In this document: piece after piece, positions 1-10,000 of the stretch
Layout: each line of letters opens with the position of its first letter
Position numbering within the stretch: position 1 is the stretch's first letter
IMG/VR virus record: IMGVR_UViG_3300021387_000161
Coordinates: 64,001 to 128,000 of that record
Strand: one strand, 5' to 3'
Source: a virus
Lineage: Duplodnaviria; Caudoviricetes
DNA: 64,000 nucleotides
Notes under the pieces: model-generated
What the model saw: the letters and a program-made list of their open reading frames with translations, nothing else
Database searches by the model: none
What the model was told of the DNA's origin: nothing
Program-made: the position numbers and the translations under genes

Positions 1-2041
1 CTAATAGGACATCACTTATAGAACCAGGAAGTGTAACTTCTTTATATTCTTTAGCTTGTGCGTCATAATATACTGCTCTTGTATAATAATTTATACTTCC
101 AAAGGAAACTTCTCTAATTCTATCATCACTATTTACTATTATATTAGATAAATAATCAGTACTTATAGGATCTCCAAAGTATACTTGTGAACTATTAACC
201 CCATCATACAGAGCTCTTAATATATTCTTTTGAATTTCTTCTTGTATTTTAGAATTTAAACTATCATAAGTAGATATATTTACAGTCAACGGATAAATAT
301 TTTTAAAGAATACTACATGAGGCATCAATGCTTCTACGTCTAATTCATAAATAGTAACATTTTGAATTGAATCTATTGAACCACCTATTTCGTATTCCGT
401 AAATAATTGATAATGAATATTATCATCAGCTTTTCTATAATAGGCTTTATTTTTTAAGAATACTTCATCTTCTGTTTCTTTATATGTATTTTCTCCTAAT
501 GGTAAAATATCTTCGTATGTATGTTCTAAATGAGCTACATCACTAAGCAGATAATTTAAATCTAATTCATCAGTTGATATTTGAAATGTTTCATTAAATG
601 CTTGCTTACTATTTAAAGAAATAGAGTTATTTAATAAATAGAATCTTAATGAAAATTCAGTCATTGCATCATGTGATGAAGCAACTCTAGAAACAAATTC
701 ATATAGCCCAAGATCTTTAGGATTAGTATTATCTGAAAATACTCTTTCAGTTAAAGTATCATTTTTAATCTCATAATAAGTTTTTCCTGATAATGCTAAT
801 GTATCGTTAGTTAATTGGAATCTATAATCAAAGTTAGATTCCAAAGCTGTTTTATCTATTATCTGTTCTACTTTTACAATAATAGAATCTAAACTTTTCT
901 GTTTACTTACAATCTTATAAACTGTTTGGACATCATTTGTTCTATCACATACAAAAGCATTAGAACAAATATCTAAATCATTTGATTTTATATAATTTAA
1001 ATAATCTCTTAATGTTATTAATGTATGGAAAGTACCTACAGTTTTCTTATAATTTTCGTAAGCTTCATTTATATTTTCTTTTTCAGCATGTCCGGTTGCT
1101 GCTGCATAATTCTGTATGGAAACATTATTAGTAGCTAATATAACACCAGCATCTTCTTTTGGTGAAAAAGGAACTAAGAATTTTTCTAATGCTTGAGCTG
1201 GTATATCATTATATGTTTCATCTATAATCATATAAATTATTTCAATACCATCTCCAAATAATTCTGGATAATTATCAGGAAACTCTAAATAACAAGAATT
1301 AGCATGATTATCATATCCAAACTTATATCTTAATTCATTATATGATTGCTCATATATATTATCAACTCTTTTCCAATCAGCATAATTATTTTGTTTTGTA
1401 TTAGTAATAAATATGCCGTTTTGTGATACCATTGGAGTATCAAAATATAATCTATGAGTTTCTGTATCAACCATCTGTGATGTAATTACAGTTTCTTGTC
1501 CTAAATAAGTATATGTAGCAGGAGTACCCTCCATAGCTATCATTCTTAATTCTTTAGAATCTGTAGTTAATAACCCATCAGAAACTACTATACCGTTTGC
1601 ACCTTCAACACCAATTAAAGCGTAATTAGTATTTTCTCCTTCATCTGTAATTATAGTAAACTTAGGTATAGTATATGATTGTACTTCAGATTCATTAGTG
1701 TCTGGAGATTTAATCCAATTTAATACAACTGGTACAGTAGCACTCTTGTACCAATTCATGTAATATCCTAATTGTTCGTATAATTGCTGTGCATTTGCAT
1801 CTTGTGTAACAGATAATGGAAAAGCTTCTAGTATACTCTTATCAATATTATAATTACATTTATCAGCTATTAATGCTGATAGCTTAACTAAAATAACACC
1901 CGGATCAGATTCATCTGATATTGATGGATCCCATTTATAAGTTAATTTCTTTACTAAATCTAAAGTCTCTGTATAAATAGAAGAGAAATCAAGATTAGTA
2001 TAAGAAATACTTTGGTTGTTATTTACAATGTCTTGAGCCAT
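1..2041 (-). CDS. Baseplate wedge protein (T4 gp6 / baseplate J-like), runs off the left window edge
   Basis: Manual translation from ATG at 2041 (SD AGGAG at 2051-2055): MAQDIVNNNQSISYTNLDFSSIYTETLDLVKKLTYKWDPSISDESDPGVILVKLSALIADKCNYNID. The YTxxDF...W...ESDPG..L pattern is typical of gp6/J wedge N-termini; it follows a gp25-like gene. Confidence 0.8.
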   Translation of the reverse strand, partial: MAQDIVNNNQSISYTNLDFSSIYTETLDLVKKLTYKWDPSISDESDPGVILVKLSALIADKCNYNIDKSILEAFPLSVTQDANAQQLYEQLGYYMNWYKSATVPVVLNWIKSPDTNESEVQSYTIPKFTIITDEGENTNYALIGVEGANGIVVSDGLLTTDSKELRMIAMEGTPATYTYLGQETVITSQMVDTETHRLYFDTPMVSQNGIFITNTKQNNYADWKRVDNIYEQSYNELRYKFGYDNHANSCYLEFPDNYPELFGDGIEIIYMIIDETYNDIPAQALEKFLVPFSPKEDAGVILATNNVSIQNYAAATGHAEKENINEAYENYKKTVGTFHTLITLRDYLNYIKSNDLDICSNAFVCDRTNDVQTVYKIVSKQKSLDSIIVKVEQIIDKTALESNFDYRFQLTNDTLALSGKTYYEIKNDTLTERVFSDNTNPKDLGLYEFVSRVASSHDAMTEFSLRFYLLNNSISLNSKQAFNETFQISTDELDLNYLLSDVAHLEHTYEDILPLGENTYKETEDEVFLKNKAYYRKADDNIHYQLFTEYEIGGSIDSIQNVTIYELDVEALMPHVVFFKNIYPLTVNISTYDSLNSKIQEEIQKNILRALYDGVNSSQVYFGDPISTDYLSNIIVNSDDRIREVSFGSINYYTRAVYYDAQAKEYKEVTLPGSISDVLL

Positions 2042-2083
2042 TTAATTTTTCTCCTACATTAAGTTATAGTTATCCATTTATAT

Positions 2084-2112
2084 ATTATAACATAAAATAA
2101 TTACAATGTAAA
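2084..2112 (-). promoter_or_regulatory. sigmaA/sigma70-type promoter TTTACA-N17-TATAAT with TG extension
   Basis: Minus strand reads TTTACA ttgtaattattttatgt TATAAT, about 40 bp upstream of the baseplate ATG. Confidence 0.65.
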
Positions 2113-2115
2113 TAA

Positions 2116-2487
2116 TTATTCTTCATCAATTAGTATTTTTATATTAAATAAGTTAGATGGAATTTTAGAATCTGCTTTTACTGAAATAGAAGCATTAACT
2201 AGATTACCATCAACTTCAACATCTATATCATCTCTAGTAATACTTACTTGAGGCATATAAGAATATATTGCATTAAAAATTTCATCTTTAAGTAATTCTA
2301 CTACTACTGGTTTAGCTGCTTGGCTCCATAAAATTTGTTTCATATTTAACCCATAATATGGATCACCAAACAACCCACCTCTATTTGACATTAATAAAGA
2401 TTTTAGATTTACCTTTATAGCATCATAATCTTCATTTAATCTTACTTTTGAACCATTAAAAATATTTGGAAAAGCTATTGAATACAT
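2116..2487 (-). CDS. Baseplate wedge subunit, gp25/GPW-like
   Basis: 123 aa; IKVNLKSLLMSNRGGLFGDPYYG...IYSYMPQVSI matches the gp25 pattern (L.T..GER...P.FG...EPR); position in baseplate module. Confidence 0.85.
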   Translation of the reverse strand: MYSIAFPNIFNGSKVRLNEDYDAIKVNLKSLLMSNRGGLFGDPYYGLNMKQILWSQAAKPVVVELLKDEIFNAIYSYMPQVSITRDDIDVEVDGNLVNASISVKADSKIPSNLFNIKILIDEE

Positions 2488-2497
2488 TAATATCCTT

Positions 2498-4054
2498 TTA
2501 TATATTATTAGCCATTACTGGACCTAAATACAGAGCACATAAGGCACAAGAACCATTTATAAGATTACCTTTACTCTCAGTATCATTATAAACGGTCATA
2601 CTAATTTCATCACCAGCTTGTGCAGATAACACTCTTGGTGATATATTTACATCTGTTCTCACTGTAGAACCACTGGTTCTAAATCTAGAACCTTTTATTG
2701 ATTCTTTCTCAACATTTCCAGCATAACATACAGTAGTACAATATATAGCGTTAGCAGAAGACCCAAAATCATTACCGAGTCTTACAGACCCCCATACTAA
2801 TATATTGCCAGCTGACAAGACTTTAATTCTTCTTGTAGTTGTATCAAATTCAAATGCATTACCATAATTATGTTGTAAGTTGGGTAATGGTATTTCCTTT
2901 ATAGTTGATGATACAGAAGTAGTAACATTACTATCACCAGATATCTTCATATATGAATTAATCATAATATTATCTGCAGTTCTATAAGAACTAGATAAGG
3001 TGGATCCATAGAGTACATTTTTTGGAACTTCTTCTGAAACTATGTATGAAATATCCGAGTAGTACCAATACCAATTATTCTGCAGAGTGTAGGAAGTATC
3101 ACTTTCATTTGTTCTCTTCTTTTTATAACGAAGATTCCAATTTCTCCACCCCTCAGTTACATGTTTAGTACGCCATAATTGTAAATCTACAGACATGCCT
3201 ATTTTATTTGAAGAATTATAATAACTAGCAATATTTTCCCATGTATATACAGAATTATCACTAGATGTTAAATCTGTCAAAAAAGATTCAGTTATAGTTA
3301 TAGTAGATAAATTTGAAGTTGAAGGATTATTTTTTGTTATATATGGACTAAAACGTATTTTTATTCCAGAACTACCACAAGATTCTGGGGATAAATCTGT
3401 TGCAAAAGTTCCTACGACATATGAACTGGAACGTCGTGGAAAAGTTGTTCCAGCAGACCAACCAGTTGTTTTATTGAAGAATTTTCTGACAGGTGTGTTT
3501 TCCTTAGAACCAGAAGTATATATTCCTAAAGCTCTACTTCCTGTGCTTGTATTTAATTCCAGACCTTCCTGGGAAAATGTAGCATATTGTATAATACCAT
3601 TATTAAGTGATATTCCATTTGGATTTAATGATACATTAACACCAGTTTCAGACCCTATAGTAGCACCGTTAGATGAAAAAGAAGCCAAGATCTCTTCGTT
3701 TCGCAAAAAAGATAAATTAGAATTTAGTACTGTAGAATAAGTTACTTCTTCATCATCTTCATCTACTAGATTAGAAAATACAGCACCATTAGATGAAAAA
3801 GAAGCAACTGGATTAGATTGATTATTAATAGTATCTACTGTATAAAAATCTAAACTATCTTCATCTAAGCCCATAAGTTGTAAATTTCCAGAATTTAACT
3901 GAATACCACTAGAATTTAATATTATATTCTTATCATAATTACTAGCATTATATCCAGCTTCATGTATTTGAATACCATTATTATTAATGTCAGTAATATA
4001 TTTATTTGAAGAAGAATTTAAATCAATTGATTTACTTATCGTTCTTAAAGCCAT
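2498..4054 (-). CDS. Tail fibre / receptor-binding protein
   Basis: 518 aa; N-terminal repeats (ASFSSNGA twice, ATFSQEGL) typical of beta-rich fibre shafts; C-terminal beta-sandwich-like head (AQAGDEISMTV). Confidence 0.6.
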   Translation of the reverse strand: MALRTISKSIDLNSSSNKYITDINNNGIQIHEAGYNASNYDKNIILNSSGIQLNSGNLQLMGLDEDSLDFYTVDTINNQSNPVASFSSNGAVFSNLVDEDDEEVTYSTVLNSNLSFLRNEEILASFSSNGATIGSETGVNVSLNPNGISLNNGIIQYATFSQEGLELNTSTGSRALGIYTSGSKENTPVRKFFNKTTGWSAGTTFPRRSSSYVVGTFATDLSPESCGSSGIKIRFSPYITKNNPSTSNLSTITITESFLTDLTSSDNSVYTWENIASYYNSSNKIGMSVDLQLWRTKHVTEGWRNWNLRYKKKRTNESDTSYTLQNNWYWYYSDISYIVSEEVPKNVLYGSTLSSSYRTADNIMINSYMKISGDSNVTTSVSSTIKEIPLPNLQHNYGNAFEFDTTTRRIKVLSAGNILVWGSVRLGNDFGSSANAIYCTTVCYAGNVEKESIKGSRFRTSGSTVRTDVNISPRVLSAQAGDEISMTVYNDTESKGNLINGSCALCALYLGPVMANNI

Positions 4055-4072
4055 TTCTATTTATCCTTATAT

Positions 4073-7000
4073 TTATATACCTGTAATATAATAATCAACA
4101 ATACAATTATTTTTTGTAGCACTTCCAGAATTCCAGAACATCTGAGATATTGTCGTTGTTGTGCAAAGCGTTCTCAAAGCCATTGCATACCCACTGCCGC
4201 TAGAACCTTTCATAGTTGCTTGACATGATTCAATTGTTGAAAACAGACCACTTGGAAGTGTTACTGATTGATCGGCTGATCGATAACCTAATTTATCTGT
4301 AGAATTTAACTGTGTTGTACAAGCAACATCTGTCCATGTCTTTTCGCCCCAGCATTCAATTCTCCCGCTGCTCCATTTTCTGTATTTCCATATTCCGTCA
4401 GATCCAGTAGCGGTAACGTAATCTTTATCCTCGATAGTTGTGATTATTTTGGATACTTCTTGTATTGAACCGCTTGAAACCATTATGATGAATCTTCCAT
4501 TTGTATTATTCATACCAAATAAAAGTAAATTACCATAGTTACAATTATCGCCTGATGAGGCTCCATTCACACCCCCGCTTCTATGAGGCATCCAAGAAAA
4601 ATTGTACCAACCAGTAGGTATTGTTACTCCACCAAGAGTATAAGCTGTTCCTATATTAGCTGAACCACTACAACCGCTAGAATATCTTACCTCTCCTACC
4701 AATCCTTCTATAGTTGACTGTGAAGAACCGTAACTACCCATAGCAACTGATTGTTTAAAGGAAGTTTTAAGCTGCCCAGTCATTGTTCCGCCATTGGAAC
4801 CTATGATATTTCCTGTAGAACATTTGGAAAGATTTGATGATGTACCTGAATAAGCTCCGTTCCAAAATGCAAGTGCAGATTTTGCAATGACTTTTGCATT
4901 TCCTTCTGTCGTGCTTGACCAATTCAAGTCACCTGCTGATGACCGAGTGTATTTATCGGACAGAGCTACGGCCCAATCTGAACCATTTATTAAGTATTTA
5001 CCACTAGCTAAATTTGCCCCTGAAGAATTTAAAGTTATACTATTACCAGAAGTATTTTCAGCATGTATTTTTATGCTATTATTATCTATTCTTGTAATAT
5101 ATTTTGAGTCATCTACTGTAACTTCCATAGCAGTCATACCACCATCTGATGCTCCATCATCAAATGTATATGTTACTTTTATTTTATCAGTAAAAACACA
5201 TAATAATCTACCTCTACCAGTATTGCCTGTGTCACCAGTTTCATAAGAACTACTATTATTTCTATACCAATGAAATTTAGTATAGTCTATAGATTCGTAG
5301 GCATTACTAGATTTTGGGTTTTGTGGCGCCGTAGTATAAGCTACATATGTTGATGTTGTACTGTTATAATAATAATATGTTTTACCTGATTGTGCAGTGG
5401 TATCTGAAGTTAATACATAAAATACTTCTACACCATTATGATATAAATGAGGATATAAGTATACATTATTAGATGAAATAGCAGTTGCAGGTTCTGTAGT
5501 TATTTCTATATTATACCCACTTATATTTATAGCATCATAAGCATTATAACTTCCACCAGCGCCATCTATTGTTAATGATTTAGCAGTTATATGTCCTTTT
5601 ATGTTTAAATTACTATTTTTACTATCCCATTGTATACCTTGAGAGGAGTGCTGCCAATCAACACCATTTTTAAATTCCAAATGTCCTGCTTTTATATTGT
5701 TATTATCAGGGTCATCTGTTAATTGTATAAAGTTTTTATGAGTATTACCAGTTTCATATGATTGTATTTTTCCTGTAGTTATCGTAGATCCATTTATAGA
5801 TGTATATCCACTATTAGCTACAGTATTTGTAAATAAAGATAATCCATTAAAAGTATTTGCCTTTGATGGTGTACTGTAATTCCATGTGACAGAACCACCC
5901 GTGGCTATACATGTTCCTTCTCTAACCCACAATTTAACAGATGAGTTTGTTCCAAAGGAACTAACTTCTGGCATATCTGTCGTCCAAGTGGTTGATGCAG
6001 GTATATCACTTGCACTTGTAATTGATGAACTAACTAATGCATATTCTGTTCTAGATCTTACTCTCTGTGCTGCGGTAGAAGCTAGTACCCAATCAGATGC
6101 ACTATAGCTTTGTCCAGTGGTTTTAGAATTTATACAAATACGTAAATCAACACCATTGCTCCATAAATCACCCTCATTGTATGGAGGAGTGATTGGTGAA
6201 TTATTGGTATAATGAATATCTTTTTTACCGTCTATTTGATCAAAAACTTCTTTTGGAACATTTTGTTGCTGCCAAGTATAATTATCACTCCATCTATATG
6301 TAGCATTCTGCTTAAAATTAGCAGTTGTAGTTCCTGTATAATACCATAAGTCACCTACATGCTGTGCTTTTACTTCATTAGTGTTCCAACTACTTGATGG
6401 ATCTGCTGATTGATACCAAGTTTCTATTTTTGCATCGATAATTCCATCTTCAATATCATCTAATATATCCTGAAAATCACCATTAACCCAAGTATTAAGT
6501 ACTATTTGAGAGGCATTAGTAGCTTTGTTCAAATCTATATAGTTTGAAGCTAATGTCCAATCTGTTGCTACATAATCACCACTACTCTTTGTAGTTATAC
6601 AAATTTTTATATCAACACCATTACTCCACAAATCTCCCTCTTTATAAGGTGGAGTAGGTGTAGTTGAACCAGTTGTATAATAAATATCCTTCTTACCATC
6701 TATCTTGTTAAACACTGCATTAGGTACATTTTGCTGAATCCAATCATATGTGGAAGAATTAGTATATTGGAAATACCACGTTGTATTATCTGTAGTATTA
6801 TACCATAAATCTCCGTGATGTATCCTTCTTTTTTCATCTGTATTCCATATACTATAGTTAGTTCCAGAAGGGGCAGATGACTGATACCAAGTTTCTGCTT
6901 TATTATCTAATTGGCTCTGTAAATTTGATATATCTACATTATAATTAGATGTTATCCAAGAACTCAAAGATGTATCAGCAACAGAAATCCAAGATGAACC

Positions 7001-10000
7001 GTTCCATCTATACATTTCATTATCTTTATCTGTTGCAATAAATAAATCACCAGTGTCTAAACCTGTTGTTGGTCTATTATTATAGGTATTAACATAAGTC
7101 ATAATCTTTCTATCAGCTGTAGATTGTGCATTTGAAGCTGCAGTTAATGCTGATTGAATACCTGCGTCTCTAACTGGTTCCCAACTAGTGCCATCCCACC
7201 TTTTAAGCGTATTATCGTTACCAGTATCTATCCATAAATCACCCTTAGCCGTTGCAGTAGGAATATCAGAATCATAAAATGTAGTTATTTTTTGACCCAA
7301 GGTACTATTAGTACTAGTTACAAATTGTGCATAAGTACCATCTCTAAATGATATAAAAGCAGAATCATTTGTGTAATTATTATACTGAGTCCAACTACCA
7401 TTTACATAAGTAAGAATAGGATCATTAACACTCTTGAACCATAAATCACCCTTTCTGGCATTTGACGGAGTTTGTGCTCCAGTAAAAATAGTTGCTTTTC
7501 CATTAACAGTATTCATAACAGCTGATGGAGGAGTTGCGGTTATTTCTTGCCAAGCTGATCCATTCCATCTATAATATTTTTGCACGCCAGAAGTTGAATC
7601 ATACCAAATATCACCTTCATGATTAGAATACTCATCTGTACTCCAATCATTCTTTGGATTATCAGTTTGATAATATGTTTCTATTTTTGAATCTTGTAAA
7701 CCACTTATACTTGTATTAATGGTACTTATACTTGAATTAGTATTAGATACAAATGTATTATACTGGTTTGATATAAATGAAGTAAGTGAAGAATCATCTG
7801 TATAAATACCAGCTTGCCAGTAAGAACCATTAAATGTTAATGTTACTGTTTGATTGTCTTTCCAAGTATTCGCATTATTAACTTGAACTCCATTAGAATA
7901 AATACTATAATAACTAATATCTGCGTCGTTACTAGCACTCTTAATTCCAAGAGTTGTATTAGTTGTAGAAGCATGTTTATTAGTAAATTTACAAAGTATG
8001 GAAGTACCTTTTCTTATAATGCAACCATTTATAATAACATCTTTACCACCTGGTGTACCGGCAGTTGAACAATCAGCTGAATAAGTAATAGGTTGATCCA
8101 TTAATATCCATTTAGTACCGTCATACATAAATGTCATAATAGCTGTTTTAGTCCATACTAATTTATTAGTACTAGATACTATAGCATTATTAATATATAC
8201 ATCTTTAGCAGAAGAACCTCCTACTTGTAGTTTTAACGTGTCTGTTGTAGAATTCGTATTAAATTTAATTGCTATAGTTAATCCTTCATATAATGAAGAA
8301 TTTGATGTTATTTCACTACATGTAATAACTTTTGTAGCAGTACTATAGGATGTACTTGATGTACCCCATAATGTCTTACCATCTTCTCCATCTGTTACAG
8401 TATAATCAAAAGTAGAATTATCATCAAATGTGATTCTATAAGTTTTATCATTACCAGAAGTACTAAGTAATGTTACAGATTTTATTCCTTTACCATCTTC
8501 GCCTTCTGCTTTTACATTGGTACTAGATCCATTAATATACCAATAACCATCGTTTCCGATAGTAGGAGAATATCCTTGAGGACCTCTATCTCCATAAACA
8601 CCAATTATTCTTGCCTTTGTAGAATCACCTTGATCGGCTGTTTTAGAATAATGTATAACTTGATAATTCCAAAGATATTTATTAGTAGCATCAGGAACTA
8701 CTAAAGTATTTTTCTGCCAACCAGAAGACCCTGGATTAGTAGTAGTACGGGTTGTTTGATAGAATTCATCAATAGAAGTTATACTATTACCATCTACACC
8801 ATTAGTACCATTCGTCCCATCAACTCCAAAATGTCCTATTATAATAGGAACAGTAGAGCTTATTTCATTGTCATTTTCATCTAATACAGTTTCATAATTC
8901 CAAAGATATGGTTTATCTTTAGTTATTTGTTGTATTGTAGGTGTCCATCCAGGAGTTGATTTATCAACACCTGTAGAAAGATTAGTAGCTAAGTATGAAT
9001 TTACAACGTCATTTACACTAACACCATCTTTACCATCTTCAACAAATTTTACTGCGTTTCCCCAATCTGAAGTCGATATAGTATCTGTTAGTGCAGTATT
9101 TATAACAGAAGCTGATCTAGCCCAGCAAGGATTTCCATCTACTTGTGGTATTTCTTTAGTCCACCCATTTGAATTATCAGGTGATAATGCTCCGGTTGAG
9201 AATGTATATGTCATAGTACTAGTTGGTTTATCACTAGTAGTTGGAGTAGTAGCAGATCTTTTATATACTCTTACAACAGCTTGATTTAATCCATTTTCTA
9301 TTATTTTATTTGGACCAGACCACTCAGAAGAAGCAATAGTATCTTCAGCTTCTGAGCTTATAGCTGATGCGGAAATTACCCACCCAACATATTCTGGATG
9401 TGAGCTATTAATTGATGGTAATGTTTTTACCCAATTTCCTACTGAATCAGTATAAGAAGTACTACTACCAACTTTAAATTTACCATCTTCAAATCTATAA
9501 GTAACATCAGAAGAAGGAAGTGATGGAGCTGAAGCTGTTCTTTGATATAATGTAATAGAAGCTTGATTTAATCCATTAGTACCGGATACACCTGATTTTG
9601 TTTTAGTAATAGAAGTTTTATTATCGGAAAATAAAACTTTAGTCCAAAGCCAGGACCCCTCTGGAACTTCTGGAGCAGAAGTATATGGAAATTCACTTGG
9701 TTGAGTTTCAGTGGTTGTAACAGCGTATGTTATACTTGTAATGGTAACGCTAGTCCCATCTGTACCTAAATATCTACTCCATTTCCACCCAGAGTTATTA
9801 TATGCTGGGGCTGTTTGCTCTATACCATTATAAACTCCTATATAAGGTCTAGAAGAACTAGGAGATACATCATAATTAGATCCATCTGCATTAGCAGAAT
9901 ATCTTATATGTGTATAATATTGAGTAGCTGATTGACCATTTTCTACAAGCTTAACAGGAGTTGCCCAATTAGAAGAAGTTATATTTACTTCATCATCACT

